Part shown: positions 13,459 to 25,900 of the stretch, one piece after another
How the letters are laid out: the number at the start of each line of letters is the position of its first letter
How positions within the stretch are numbered: the first letter of the stretch is position 1
DNA from: the human T2T-CHM13v2.0 reference genome, Homo sapiens
Direction: 5' to 3'
NCBI GenBank assembly: GCA_009914755.4
Contig: CP068257.2
Location: 43,840,001-43,904,000 of the forward strand
DNA: 64,000 nucleotides
Made by a program: the position numbers and the translations under genes
The notes under the pieces: generated by a model
Databases searched by the model: none
Seen by the model: the letters and a program-made list of their open reading frames with translations, nothing else
Told to the model about the DNA's origin: nothing

Positions 13459-14357
13459 TGAGCTGGGCGTGGCCGGCTCTGAGGGGTAAGGGGGTGTTGC
13501 CTGGAGCAGGAGAGTGTCCCTGAGAGCCACCGGCCTTGCATGGGATCGGAAGCCGCCCTGCAGAGCCGTGAGGACCACGTGTGGCGGGCGCTGTGCCCCG
13601 CGGGCCACCCTTGTTCTTCGGAGATGCCCCTTCATTGAACTAAAGTCACGGGGTGAGGGCCTGGTCTGCAAAGTGGGAGACACTGTGAGTGGTCAAGACA
13701 AAGGAACACGGGGCCGCATGCCCCCTGAAAGGCCTTTCTGGGGAAATTCAAGTCATCACATTCTTTTTGTGGCCCCAATTTTTGGTAGTAACAAATGTTT
13801 GGCCTGAGTAGAATCTGAAATTCCTATGAAATCTCCACTTTCTTCTACTGTTAACATGTATACTGCTCAGGGTTAGAGCCAGCAAGGAGTGACCAAAATC
13901 CCAAAACAACTGTGCTCAGACAGCTCAGACGTGCCAGGGGCAGACCCAGGGGCCACAAGCTCCTTCCTCCCCTGCCCCCACTGTCCCCTCCACACCACCA
14001 GCGCTCTCGTGGCGCCAGCATGGAGGAGCCCCCAGGGCCACAGCCCTGCCCAAGAGACACGTGGGGTGGCTGAAGCCACAGCGTCCAGCTTCATGCTCAG
14101 AGACTCAGCCTGTTGAGAGCACGGGTGGCTGGGACACATTTCTTACTTGGAGCAAAACGAATGAGAAATTTCAATTAGGCAGAAACTAATTGATTCCATA
14201 GTAAGTTAGAATGGCTTTACCATTTTAACTTAGTACATTTCCTTTTACACACGTATTTTGAAGTCTTGACTGTTACTAGCGGGCTTTTCTTGCGGCAGAC
14301 GCATCTCACAGCAGGGCCTCCAGCTGCACTAACACTGTGTCTCCTCTGCCCTGACAG

Positions 14358-14384
14358 GGACCTCCCGGCCTGCCGGGACTCAAG
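14358..14384 (+). CDS. COL18A1: COL18A1 collagenous exon w14 (27 bp; GPPGLPGLK)
   Basis: ccctgacag|GGACCT and CTCAAG|gtcagt. Confidence 0.85.
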
Positions 14385-15425
14385 GTCAGTGACGGATATG
14401 TCTGGGTTTCTGTGGTTGCTGGCTTGGCCCTGTCTCGACATCTTGGGGCTGGGGGAGACAGGGCCTTGCCTCGGGTTTTCTGATGGCAGGAGTAGGATGA
14501 ATTCATCCTGGGAAGTTTGCAAAATACAGCAAAAAAGCCTGACAGGGAAATAATCGCACACCAACCCCAACCTAGACTTCCAGCGTTAAGGGGCCATTGT
14601 CCCGTTCTCTCTCCGAAGCCCAGGAATCAAGATTCCTGGGTTCACACACCTGAAGCATATTCTCAGACTTGGGCCGAAAAGAGGGGCATAGGGGAAGAAC
14701 TCAGGGTCCCCACCTCAGCCTCAGGGACAGGTGGACTCCTGGGCTCAGGGACAGAGCCGTGGTGACCTTGTAGGACCCAGGAGCTTTGTCCTCTGCTCCC
14801 CCCATCCCTGGGGGACACTAGCCCCCAGCCTGGCCCCGAAGACCCCACCCCACCCAGGCCCCGAAGCTCCCAGGGCAGGTGCCTGAGCGGGGAGCCTGGA
14901 GCCTCCTCTCCTAGGCCCTGGGCAGCAGCCGCCTTTCACCCCGCTGCGTGCTCATCAAAGCGTCCTCTGCTGCGTGCGGGGCCAAGGGCGCACGGGGCCC
15001 ACCCTGGGGCTGCACTCTCACGCATCACCAGCCCCTGCCATGGCACCTGCTCCTTTGAGCTTTGCTTTCATTTGCAAGACATCGGGACACTCAAAAGGCT
15101 GACTTATGGGAAGGGCCGTGTGTTTGCTTTCTTAAATTGTTTGAATGAGGCCGTCTCAGCGGGGTTCCTCTTGCAGTCTGCAGTCCTAGTGATGGAATAT
15201 GTCCCCAGGTTCCGCAGCCGTCCCGGCCGGGTGCCTTCAGCCAGCCTGGGCCCACGGGGTCCCTGCACAAGTTGCTCAGTGTCCCTGGGACCCCTCGGCT
15301 CTGGGCTGGGGGAGGGCGGTGAGATGCATCCTGGGTAACTCACCCTTCCCTTCACCCGGGGTGGACGCTGCCTGAGGACTGGGCTGGCCCCAGCAGGTGC
15401 TCACGGAGCCCCTTTTTTCACTTAG

Positions 15426-15461
15426 GGGGATCCTGGCGTGCCTGGGCTGCCGGGGGCGAAG
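15426..15461 (+). CDS. COL18A1: COL18A1 collagenous exon w15 (36 bp; [12 protein letters not shown])
   Basis: ttttttcacttag|GGGGAT and GCGAAG|gtaagc. Confidence 0.88.
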
Positions 15462-15729
15462 GTAAGCGCTGTGCCCGGGTTCAGGGACGTGGCCAGGCAG
15501 AGGCAGGGAGGGCCCAGCCGGACACCTGCGGAGATCAGCTCAGGGCGGCCTTCCCCGCTCTTCCTGCCACTGCTTTGTTTCTTTATAATTGAAGACGTGC
15601 TGGTTTCAAAGGCAACCCCCAGGATACCCACCTGCAGGGCACCCAACCCCAGGGCACCCCCAGGTTTGACTGCGTCAGGAACATGGCCTTCCTCCCTCCC
15701 GGCTGTCTGGCTGTGCAGGCCCCGTCGGC

Positions 15730-16000
15730 CCCTGCCACCGGCCTCCCGCCTCTCCCTCCTTTTCCCCGACTTCCCCCTCCCCCACACTGCCTCCCCCACT
15801 TCCCCCTCCCCCACTTCCACCTGCCCCACACCTCCTCCCCGACTTCCCCCTCCCCCACTTCCCCCTGCCCCACACCTCCTCCCCCACACCCTCCCCCACT
15901 TCCCCGTCCCCCACACCTCCTCCCCCACTCCCCACTGCCCCCGACTCCCCCCTCCCCCCCCTCCCCCCGACTCCCCCCTCCCCCACTCCTCCATCCCTCC
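15730..16000. repeat. C-rich low-complexity tandem (CCCCCACTTCCCCCTCC-like)
   Basis: Direct inspection. Source of Pro/Gly-rich ORFs on both strands. Confidence 0.8.
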
Positions 16001-16143
16001 ACAGCCCCTGCTCAGGCCCACAGGGGTGAGAGAGAGAAGTCCAGGCCATCGCCACGTCCACGGGTGCCCCGGACTCCTCGTGGGGGTCCCTGCATTCCTG
16101 GGCGTGTGGCCAATGCCCTGCGTCCTCCATGTGACCCTTTCAG

Positions 16144-16215
16144 GGAGAAGTTGGAGCAGATGGAGTCCCCGGGTTCCCCGGCCTCCCTGGCAGAGAGGGC
16201 ATTGCTGGGCCCCAG
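16144..16215 (+). CDS. COL18A1: COL18A1 collagenous exon w16 (72 bp; [24 protein letters not shown])
   Basis: ccctttcag|GGAGAA and CCCCAG|gtgagt. Confidence 0.9.
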
Positions 16216-16289
16216 GTGAGTTGCCTTGGTGGGCCCAGGGTGCAGGGGGGGCGTGGAGCCCTGAAGGGACTATGCCAAGATGAAAGCTG

Positions 16290-16600
16290 GCACGAGATGT
16301 GCCCTCGTGGGTCCCTGGGCCTCCATGTGCCCTCGTGGGTCCCTGGGCCTCCATGTGCCCTCGTGGGTTCCTGGGCCTCCATGTGCCCTCCCGGGTCCCT
16401 GGGCCTCCGTGTGCCCTCCCGGGTCCCTGGGCCTCCGTGTGCCCACTCCCGGGTCTCTGGGCCTCCGTGTGCCCTCCTGGGTCTCCGTGTGCCCTCTCAG
16501 GTCCCTGGGCCTCCGTGTGCCCTCCCGGGTCCCTGGGCCTTCGTGTGCCCTCCCAGGTCTCTGGGCCTCCGTGTGCCCACTCCCGGGTCTCTGAGCGCCA
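16290..16600. repeat. 28-33-bp tandem repeat, about 10 copies (ATGTGCCCTCGTGGGTCCCTGGGCCTCC)
   Basis: Unit at 16299 and 16327 onward. Confidence 0.85.
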
Positions 16601-16767
16601 GGAGTTAAGTATAAGTCTCCGTCAGGGCTCTTGGTGGCTGCCTCCCTCCCAGGCCCCAGCCGGTCGGGAAATAAAGAACCCCACATCTTCATCAGAGCCA
16701 TCCCTCACGGGGGGCCAGGGGCTCCTGTTTCTGTTGGTGATGAACCATTTCCTTCCTGTCTCTCCAG

Positions 16768-16803
16768 GGGCCAAAGGGAGACAGAGGCAGCCGGGGAGAA
16801 AAG
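16768..16803 (+). CDS. COL18A1: COL18A1 collagenous exon w17 (36 bp; [12 protein letters not shown])
   Basis: tgtctctccag|GGGCCA and GAAAAG|gtgagt. Confidence 0.9.
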
Positions 16804-17156
16804 GTGAGTGTCCCTGGGGCGGGTGGATGGGGATGGGGGGCGCTGGGACATCCCAGAAGGTTTGGCCTCAGCTGCCCCAGGTCCGTGCCCCTGCTGCCCA
16901 TGTGACCTCAGAGACTCAGGGCAAAGACCCTCAAGTTGACAGGGGTGGCTTTCAGGCTGGGGGCAGCGTGTGTGGCTCAACCGTCCCTGTTGGAGCCTGC
17001 CCTGCCTGGCAGGGGGCTCCAAGGCCACAGTCCACAGCCCCGGGCGCCTCCTCACCCACCGTGGGCTCTGGGCACCCCCTCCAGGGCTGGGTGGACTCTG
17101 GGGTCCTGGCCAGAGCGGTTGAGATGAAATGCCGGACGCGTGGCCTCCTCTTCCAG

Positions 17157-17246
17157 GGAGATCCAGGGAAGGACGGAGTCGGGCAGCCGGGCCTCCCTGG
17201 CCCCCCCGGACCCCCGGGACCTGTGGTCTACGTGTCGGAGCAGGAC
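17157..17246 (+). CDS. COL18A1: COL18A1 exon w18 (90 bp; [30 protein letters not shown])
   Basis: cctcttccag|GGAGAT and CAGGAC|gtaagg. Helix ends in the VVYVSEQD interruption. Confidence 0.9.
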
Positions 17247-18499
17247 GTAAGGACGCTGCGTGGGTGGGCACCCAATCTGTCCAGACCCCCCACTGGGTGC
17301 AGAGATCCCTCCCCGAGCCCCCCCCCACACCCCCACATCCCCCAGGTCAGGACAGGCCCTGACTGCCAGTCTACACTCCACCTCCTCGGTGGGGGCTGCA
17401 GACGCCCTCGGTCAGAGACGCCCTCGGTCAGAGACGCCCTCGGTCAGAGACGCCTGGGGAGCCCAGCTCCATGTGGTGTTGGAGACACCGAGGAGAGGGG
17501 AGGGCCTGCACAGGGGCCAGTGTTTTTACGTCAAAGGCTCCCATTGGGCTCACTCCCTGTGTCCTTGACACTGTGGCCCCAAAGCTGCATGTAGTCACCC
17601 AGCTGCCCCGTCAGAAGAAGCAGATGCACCCTTGGCCCCTCTGGTGAAGGTTGTGTTGGTTCCGGAACCTTCCTCCCCCACTGCGGCCCGTCCATCAGGC
17701 CTCTCAGCTGCACCCTCTGCGCCTGCCAGCAGTGCATCCCACTGGTCCCTGTGCCACCCTGGCCTCACAGAGGCAGACGCATCTCCGCCCAGCCACATGG
17801 AACACAGGGACCAAGCCCCACTCTGGGCAGGGAGCTGAGCCCTGGGCAGATGCAGGGCCCAGGGCAGCAGAGCTGGGTGTGGCCAGGGGTTCAGATCCCT
17901 GCAGAGTTCTCTGTGGCCACCAGTGGAAGGGGGGCTGCCCGGGGCAGAGCTGAGAGCAGGCACCGTCAGCTGTGTGACACTGGACAAGTTACCTAACCCT
18001 TGTGCTCCAGCTCCCCACCTAGGAGGTGGGACTCTAACAGTCTTGAGAGGAGGGGTGGAGTTGGGAACAGGCAGGAGAGGGCTTGCCCCAGCACGGCTTT
18101 GCTAGGAGCAGGCAGACAGGCATCGGGAGGCAGGGGCAGCCCGAGAGGCCACAGGGACCTCGGCGTGACGGTCAAGACATCAGAACATCAGAAAAGCCTC
18201 CCGTAGGCCGAGCCACCTCCGCCGGCAAGCAAGGGAGCGTCTAGCAGAGGCAGGAGCATTTTAAAACAAAATGGAAGTAAAAACCATGGCCCTTAGGGCG
18301 TCTGGAGTCTGCATCCAGCTGCTCTGAGCTGAGGGGCGTCTGTGCTGCAGGAGGGATGCCCCAGGCCCAGGAAGACTGGAAAGCAACATTTTCCTTGAAT
18401 TTCCTGGTTTGGTGTTTTGTTGATCTGTAAGTCGCTCGAGTCCAGTTGAATTTTAAACGCGGCTCTTTGTTTCCGATTTTTCCTTTTGCTCGTGGACAG

Positions 18500-18529
18500 G
18501 GATCCGTCCTGAGCGTGCCGGGACCTGAG
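18500..18529 (+). CDS. COL18A1: COL18A1 exon w19 (30 bp; GSVLSVPGPE)
   Basis: cgtggacag|GGATCC and CCTGAG|gtatgt. Confidence 0.85.
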
Positions 18530-18651
18530 GTATGTGCCTGCCCAGCTTCTAAGAGACGGGCCTGCGGGGACCTGGGTACAAGGCTGGGTGGGGTCCGGGC
18601 AGGCGCGAGGGTGCGTGATGACCCCAGCTGACGCCGTCCCTCTTTCCCCAG

Positions 18652-18678
18652 GGCCGGCCGGGTTTCGCAGGCTTTCCC
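18652..18678 (+). CDS. COL18A1: COL18A1 collagenous exon w20 (27 bp; GRPGFAGFP)
   Basis: ctctttccccag|GGCCGG and TTTCCC|gtgagt. Confidence 0.88.
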
Positions 18679-19141
18679 GTGAGTAACCTGGTGCCAGAGC
18701 TGCATGCTGCCCGCCACTGCCCTCCCGGCTGGGGAGGGGTCTCCACCTGGTAGCACAGAGCAGCCCGGTCGAGCTGGGGTGGGCCTTGTCAGGCCCGAGG
18801 GATAGCGACAGTCACTGCCCCCAAGGAAATGATGGGAGTGGGATGTGGGCGAGAGCCGCTGGCAGGCCCTGTGCTGGGTGGGCACCCGTGAGGGTGAGGC
18901 AGCTCCTTGCACCTGCAGAGGCCTGCAGTGTCCAGAGTGAGGCTGGGGCCGGGAGGTGTCCTGGTGGGGGTCACCTGCGGAGGCCTGCAGTGTCCAGAGT
19001 GAGGCTGGGGCTGCGAGGGGCCCTGGTCGGGCTGACGAGGCAGGCATATTGCGGGGGGCAGCTGTCGGGGGAGATGGAGCAGCCGTCGGGGATGGGGGAG
19101 ATGCCAGCCGCTCGGGCCTCACGGCCTGGCCTCCATTCCAG

Positions 19142-19204
19142 GGACCTGCAGGACCCAAGGGCAACCTGGGCTCTAAGGGCGAACGAGGCTCCCCGGGACC
19201 CAAG
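19142..19204 (+). CDS. COL18A1: COL18A1 collagenous exon w21 (63 bp; GPAGPKGNLGSKGERGSPGPK)
   Basis: cctccattccag|GGACCT and CCCAAG|gtaagg. Confidence 0.9.
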
Positions 19205-19479
19205 GTAAGGGGCTCAGGTGCTGTCCCTCAACCCCCTTTGTGACCCAGGGGTGGCTCCAGCCTGCCCAGATGACCACTGTTGGGAGGGACCTGGGACCCC
19301 CCGGCTGCTGCTGTGACACGTGAGGGGTACATCCCTGCTCGGGCCGTCCCTGTGGTCACCTCCCATGAAAGGACCCAGCCTGCGAGGCCCAGTCACAGCG
19401 GCCCTGCCTTCGGGGCTCTGGGTGAGGCTTTGTGGGGAAGGAGCTGGCCCTGACTCTGCTGGACCTCCTGCCATTCCAG

Positions 19480-19554
19480 GGTGAGAAGGGTGAACCGGGC
19501 AGCATCTTCAGCCCCGACGGCGGTGCCCTGGGCCCTGCCCAGAAAGGAGCCAAG
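19480..19554 (+). CDS. COL18A1: COL18A1 exon w22 (75 bp; [25 protein letters not shown])
   Basis: tgccattccag|GGTGAG and GCCAAG|gtgagg. Confidence 0.9.
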
Positions 19555-20530
19555 GTGAGGGCCGGGCAGCCTCCTTCCGGCGGGCGTGGGGGCTCCTGGG
19601 GCTGTGGAGACAGCCTGGGGAGGGTCTTCCTGAGGGTCTGGCTCCTGATGCACGAGCCTCTCCCAAGCAGGGCTCCACCATCCAGGCCTGGCCCTGGTGG
19701 CCCCTCCTTTCTCGCACCCATGTCGGCGGTTCCGCCGGCCCCTCGTCCTCTCCCTGCCCCTCGTCCTCTCCCTACCCCTGAGCCCACCCTGCTGAGGGGA
19801 GGTTCTCAGTGGGCTGCAGCTCTGAGCTCGCGCCTCCCTGGGGCCTGGCCTGTGGGGTGCAGGAGCCCAGGCTGTACCAGCTCAGCCTCAGCAGGTTTCT
19901 GGCTGCCCCTCCAGCCTCTTCCTGGGGGCCCTGATGCTGTGGGCAGGGCCCGGAGTCAGTTCCTCAAGGGGCCTGTGCCTGCGTCCCCACCCCCAGCAGG
20001 CAGCCGCCCAGAAAAGCCCTCGGGGAGGGTCCTGGGGAGAAGCCTGGATCTTTGGAGTGTGGGCCACCGGCTCTCCCACTTTCAGAGGGAGCAGTGAGCC
20101 CTCCAGGGTGTTTGGGGTGGGCCTCAGACACAGGATCCCCAGGCCCAGTGAGAGCTCCACTATCCCACCCAGCTGTGCATTGGAGCTGGGGCCTGTGGCA
20201 ACCAGGACACTGCGTGGCACATGCCCTCCACCCTCCACCCTCCACCCTCCACCCCTGCTTCAGGGTCCCGGGGCATGCATGCACGCACCAACCTGGACGC
20301 AAACCCCAAACCCGACCCTCCCCTCACCAGTGACTCCTGTCCTCCCCAGGGCTGCCTGCGCCTTGGGGACGGCCCAGTGCACCCAAAGGGACCACAGCGG
20401 CCCTTAGGGAGGCTATCAGGTGGGGCACAAGCCGCCACCTAACCGTGCCTTCGCCACAGGGGCCCTCAGAGAGGCTGCCAGGTGGGGCACAAGCTGCCAC
20501 CTAACCCTGTCTTCTTGTTTTTTTGCTCAG

Positions 20531-20557
20531 GGAGAGCCGGGCTTCCGAGGACCCCCG
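20531..20557 (+). CDS. COL18A1: COL18A1 collagenous exon w23 (27 bp; GEPGFRGPP)
   Basis: ttgtttttttgctcag|GGAGAG and CCCCCG|gtaagt. Confidence 0.9.
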
Positions 20558-20847
20558 GTAAGTCGGTCCCTGGCTTTCTCTGCACTGAGCTCGGGCATGA
20601 CGGCCCCCAAGGACACGGTCGCCCGCGGCTGCTGAGCTTGTGCTGTGCGGCCCAGGGCTCATCTCCCTAGTGCAGTTTTAAAGCGTGTGGGGCAGGTGTC
20701 GGCGTGAGGCTGCGGTGGGCTCCTCCGAGCTGATGGGTGGCCCAGGGTGCTGTGCTCTGCATGGCCCCTCCCCTTCCCCAGGACCCCCCAACTCGTGGTC
20801 AAGGGCCAGGGTCTGCCCCACTAAGCCTGGCCCCCTTCCTCTTGCAG

Positions 20848-20901
20848 GGTCCATACGGACGGCCGGGGTACAAGGGAGAGATTGGCTTTCCTGGACGGCC
20901 G
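20848..20901 (+). CDS. COL18A1: COL18A1 collagenous exon w24 (54 bp; GPYGRPGYKGEIGFPGRP)
   Basis: cttcctcttgcag|GGTCCA and CGGCCG|gtgagg. Confidence 0.9.
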
Positions 20902-21268
20902 GTGAGGACCTGGGGTCTCCAGTGGGGGCGGCAGATGGGGTCTGGCAGGTGGGGAGCAGCCCAGGCCCACGGGGGTGACATGCCCAGAGGGGAGTGGACG
21001 GCCGCCGCACCCACTGTCCTCCCCCAAGAACCGGCCCTGCCTGAGCGCAGCTCTTGTCCTGGATGTGGCTGGCAGTACCCCACGAGGGGCCAGTACCCAG
21101 GAGGAAGCCCTGGAGGCAGACAGGGCAGTGGGCCTGTGTGTGCTAGGCTCAGTCACCTCCTCCCAAAAGGGTCCTTGTGCAGGAAAGGGGTGAGAAGGGC
21201 CGGGGTAGCCTGAGAGCTGGGAACGTGTGAGGCTGAGCGTGGGCCGGCCGGGCCTGGCGTGGGGCTAA

Positions 21269-21520
<252 letters not shown>

Positions 21521-22473
21521 TAAGCAGCCCTGCCATGTGGCCACACAGCACTGGTCATGCCATACCCATGCACAGTCATACATGTCCACACACACATGCA
21601 CACGTGTGCCCAAACATGCATGCACATATATGGCCGTACTCATACATGTGTGCACATATACACATGCATCTATGCACATACATGCCCATACACACGCGCA
21701 CACATACACACGCACACACACATCCACACGTGCTCATGTGTGTACACATGCCCATACACTCCACATAGGTGCACATATACACATGTATTCATGCATATAC
21801 GGGCCTGTCCACGTGCACACCCATACAGGTATATACATACACTCATACATGTGCACGTATCCACATGTGTATCCACATACATGACTATGAGCCCTCCCTG
21901 GCCCATTCCATGATGGGCATACACACTGCACATGTATACTCATGCACACATACATATACACATGCATACACACCAATACACATATATGCACACATGTGCA
22001 CCCATATACACACATACAACAGGCCCCCGTGGATTCTCAGCAGGGCATCCATGGGCCTGGGCCATGCCCTCCATGCCCTCCATGCCCTCCAAGCCCTCCA
22101 TGCTGTGGGTTCTCCCGCTCAGCCCAAAGGTGTCCACTCTGCTGTCTTTTGAGCCAAGAGCTTTGTCTCCCTGATGTCAGCAGGGTGGGGCATTTTCAGT
22201 CACCTTTTTACCTGAGACGCAGACCCGGTGGCCTCTTCACTCCTCCCGAGGGACGTCTGTGCACGACTCCAGCGTGGGATGAGGTGGGGCCGGGGCCAGT
22301 TCCTGTCCTCAGGGAGCCGTGGCCCGAGTGACCCACTGCATTCTCGGTTTTGCCTGGTCAGAGGTCTGCCTGGTCAGGTTTCTGATTTTTCTGATTTTTC
22401 TGAACTGTCTCTGCTCCCAGCTGCTGCCTGACAGGCAGGCCATAAGCCTAACAGCTCTCTGCCCTCCCCACAG

Positions 22474-22542
22474 GGAATGCCCGGCCCCCCAGGACCTCCA
22501 GGGCCCCCAGGCCCTCCAGGGACTCCTGTTTACGACAGCAAT
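22474..22542 (+). CDS. COL18A1: COL18A1 exon w26 (69 bp; [23 protein letters not shown])
   Basis: ccctccccacag|GGAATG and AGCAAT|gtaagt. Confidence 0.9.
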
Positions 22543-23022
22543 GTAAGTCCCCAGGGCACCCACTGTCCTACAGCCACCTTGGCTGTCACACAGAGCCCCA
22601 CAGAGGGGCTGGGCCTTCTTCTCCCCTGGCCTCTGCGTCTGGGGGTCCTTCTAGGATGTGCCAGTCTGGTGGGCAGTGGATTAGCAGCTGAGTTCCCACG
22701 GAAGGTGAAGGCCTGGGAAAGGGAGGGCTCTCTGGGTGTGGAGCTGCTTCCAGCTGGGTCTGCTAAGGGCCTGAGCCCAGGGTTGCTAGGGGCACCCCCA
22801 TTTTCCCAGGCTCAGCAAGGTGAAGTGACCAATGAGGGCCAAGTGGCGTCAGGCCGTGGCTCCTGCTCTCCGTACCCCTGTTCCCTCCCGTCTCTGACTG
22901 GGGGAGGCTGCTATGTGGCCTCATACAGGGGCTGGTGCTTCTGGGCTTGGGGACCCCTGAGTGGTGGTGGCCTCCATTTCAGAACATCGCCCTCAGCAGC
23001 CGCCTCTCCCCGTTCCTTGCAG

Positions 23023-23065
23023 GTGTTTGCTGAGTCCAGCCGCCCCGGGCCTCCAGGATTGCCAG
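23023..23065 (+). CDS. COL18A1: COL18A1 exon w27 (43 bp; VFAESSRPGPPGLP+G), ends phase 1
   Basis: cgttccttgcag|GTGTTT and GCCAG|gtgagg. Confidence 0.88.
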
Positions 23066-23571
23066 GTGAGGGTCCTGGGCTCACAGCTGGGGACACAGGC
23101 TCTGAAGGGATGCTCCAGAGCCCCACCTTCCTTCCCGTGCCAGCAGCAGTGAGACTCCCCCAGTGGCCCAAGGCCAGTGCTACACGCCCAGCCCACGCCC
23201 CAGTTCCGATGACCTTGGCCCTTCCTGCGGGCCCTCCCAGCACAGCCGTCCAGGACCTGACCTTGGGGTGGCCCCCATTTGCTGTTCTCCGTTGAGATTT
23301 TGCTTCTCTGGCCAAAGCAGGGTGGAAGCAGCCCCGTCCCTCCTGTTGGTCAGCACGTGCCCTGCAGGTGTGGCCTGGCCCCCACATGGCCTGCTGACGG
23401 GGACCCAGGGCGCCCCTGCTCTCCAGCAGCTCCTACCCTGACTGTCCCCATGTCCATCTGATGCCCCCCCATCCAGGCCCCCAGGCACTAGGGCATTTCG
23501 GGCAGGAGGGGCACCACCCTGGAGTCCTCCCTGGCACATTCCTGATGGGCACTGGGTCTCTCTTCCTCCAG

Positions 23572-23634
23572 GGAATCAGGGCCCTCCAGGACCCAAGGGC
23601 GCCAAAGGAGAAGTGGGCCCCCCCGGACCACCAG
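23572..23634 (+). CDS. COL18A1: COL18A1 collagenous exon w28 (63 bp; [21 protein letters not shown]), phase 1-1
   Basis: tctcttcctccag|GGAATC and CCACCAG|gtgagc. Confidence 0.88.
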
Positions 23635-24254
23635 GTGAGCAACTCTGGACATCCCAGGCAGGAGAGCCATGGCGTGGCCAGCACTGAAGTGTGGTCACAC
23701 CTAGAGCCGCCACCACAAGCAGGTCCTGGACCCTCACTGGGTGGTGACCACCTCACCCTGCGGGAGGAAGGAAGCCCCTTCTGGGTTGATGGGGGCCTCA
23801 TAGGACCTGGATTTGGGGGCGAGGGTGGCTGCAGGGCACAGGCCCAGCAAGATAGCCCCATCACCTCCTGAGGAGCAGATGGCTGCCCTTCCATGCTAGA
23901 CCCAGGTGGGCACTGCGCAGAGACACAGCAGCTTCAGTGTCCTGAGATGCCCCCTCCCCTCCACGGGGCCGGGGGTCGGCACTGGAGGACTCTCTGTCGA
24001 GAAACTCTCCAGGGTTTCATGTGGGAAGGAGGCGTTGCCCGACAGGCCGTCTGGAGGGTGAGCCCAGCACCCCTGCTCCCCCAAAGGACAAGAATTCCCC
24101 CCTGAGCCCCACCTCCATTGAGGGTGGCAGGGCTGCTTGGATGTCCTGCCAAGACCACTGAGAACAGCTGGATAAAATGTGAGAAAACCACTGTTTGAGG
24201 ATGTCTGGGGGCTGGCAGAGCAGAAGCCCAGAGAGCCAGGCTAGCCTCGGGCGC

Positions 24255-24490
24255 CTTTCACCACCAGGGTCCCCTCTCGCCGCCACGGTCCCCTCTCGCC
24301 GCCAGGGTCCCCTCTCACCGCCAGGGTTCCCTCTCGCCACCACGGTCCCCTCTCGCCGCCAGGGTCCCCTCTCGCCGCCAGGGTCCCCTCTCGCCGCCAC
24401 GGTCCCCTCTCGCCGCCAGGGTCCCCTCTCGCCGCCACGGTCCCCGCTCGCCGCCAGGGTCCCCTCTCGCTGCCAGGGTCCTCTGCAGAG
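24255..24490. repeat. 19-bp tandem repeat, about 13 copies (GTCCCCTCTCGCCGCCA[CG]G)
   Basis: 19-nt spacing (24269, 24288, 24307...). Confidence 0.85.
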
Positions 24491-25314
24491 GAGGCCGCCA
24501 TACCTGCTCTTGCTGGGGCTGCACTCTGGGGTGGGAAGGGACCAGGCAGGCAGAGGCCGAGTCTGGGCCGGGACATCCTTAAGGCCTGTGGAGGCAAAGG
24601 CAGGCAGAAAGCAAGCGGGAAGATGGAAGATGCGCCCATGCCAGCCTTGGATCTCTCAGCGTCACACACGACGCCCAGGAAGGAGTGAATGATGCACAGA
24701 TGACCAGAAACCAGGAGAAGAGGCCAGTGACACACCAGACCAGGAGGCCCAGCTCATGGGGTCATCGGACCCACCTTGAACTCTGAAGGTCACACATTCA
24801 AAAGCCACAGGAAGTCTGGAGATGGCAGCAGAGAGCTGGGAAGCTCAGAGGTGTCAGGATGAACCTGGGGCTGAAGGCGGAACAGTTGGAGATTGAGACC
24901 TGTGTATAGGTTTTGGTCGACGTGGGATTGCTTGTCCCTGGGAGCCAGAACGAGGGCTCCGAGGGCTCTAGAGGGAACAGTGTTTGCAGGCGGAATGGCT
25001 GATGCTCTTCCAAAGCCAAGGAAGGCTCAGAGCATTCCCCTCATTCGAAGGATCAACAATTAGAGTGACGAGATTTCTCAACAAAACGGGAGAAGCCAGA
25101 AGACCATAAATGGTTTCCAAAATATCCAAGAAAGTCAATTGCCAGTGTAGACTCCGACAGCCAGTGGTACTCCCGTGGCCTTCAGAACGAAGATGACATG
25201 CAGGCCAGCCACTCCAGACCCGAGCTGTGTCGGCGGTGGAGGGTATTTCAGGGGGAAGACAAGGCCAAGGGAAAGGAGTGCAGAGATGGGGAGAGACAAC
25301 GCTGGCAGGAACCG

Positions 25315-25900
25315 GCGTCCCAGCGACAGGGAGGTCAGAGGCTCCCTCGGGAACCAGCGTGGGCTGCCCCACATGGCATCCCAGGAACAGTGGGGTCAGA
25401 GGCTCCCGTGGGAACCCGCGTGGGCTGCCCCACATGGCATCCCAGGAACAGTGGGGTCAGAGGCTCCCTCGGGAACCCGCGTGGGCTGCCCCGCATGGCA
25501 TCCCAGGAACAGTGGGGTCAGAGGCTCCCTCAGGAACCTGCGTGGGCTGCCCCGCATGGCATCCCAGGAACAGTGGGGTCAGAGGCTCCCGTGGGAACCC
25601 GCGTGGGCTGCCCCACATGGCATCCCAGGAACAGTGGGGTCAGAGGCTCCCTCGGGAACCCGCGTGGGCTGCCCCGCATGGCATCCCAGGAACAGTGGGG
25701 TCAGAGGCTCCCTCAGGAACCTGCGTGGGCTGCCCCGCATGGCATCCCAGGAACAGTGGGGTCAGAGGCTCCCGTGGGAACCCGCGTGGGCTGCCCCACA
25801 TGGCATCCCAGGAACAGTGGGGTCAGAGGCTCCCTCGGGAACCCGCGTGGGCTGCCCCGCATGGCATCCCAGGAACAGTGGGGTCAGAGGCTCCCGCAGG
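25315..25900. repeat. 61-bp VNTR, about 9.5 copies (GGCATCCCAGGAACAGTGGGGTCAGAGGCTCCC[GT]...GCGTGGGCTGCCCCACAT)
   Basis: GGCATC at 25375, 25436 and 25497. Yields the in-frame 257-308-aa ORFs at 25175-26124. Confidence 0.9.

Noticed and set aside
15422-16354. 310-aa Gly/Pro-rich minus-strand ORF and Pro-rich plus-strand ORFs (15438-16283)
   Set aside because: These are readings of C-rich low-complexity DNA plus the antisense of collagen exons w15 and w16. The real coding content here is the + strand Gly-X-Y exons at 15426-15461 and 16144-16215.
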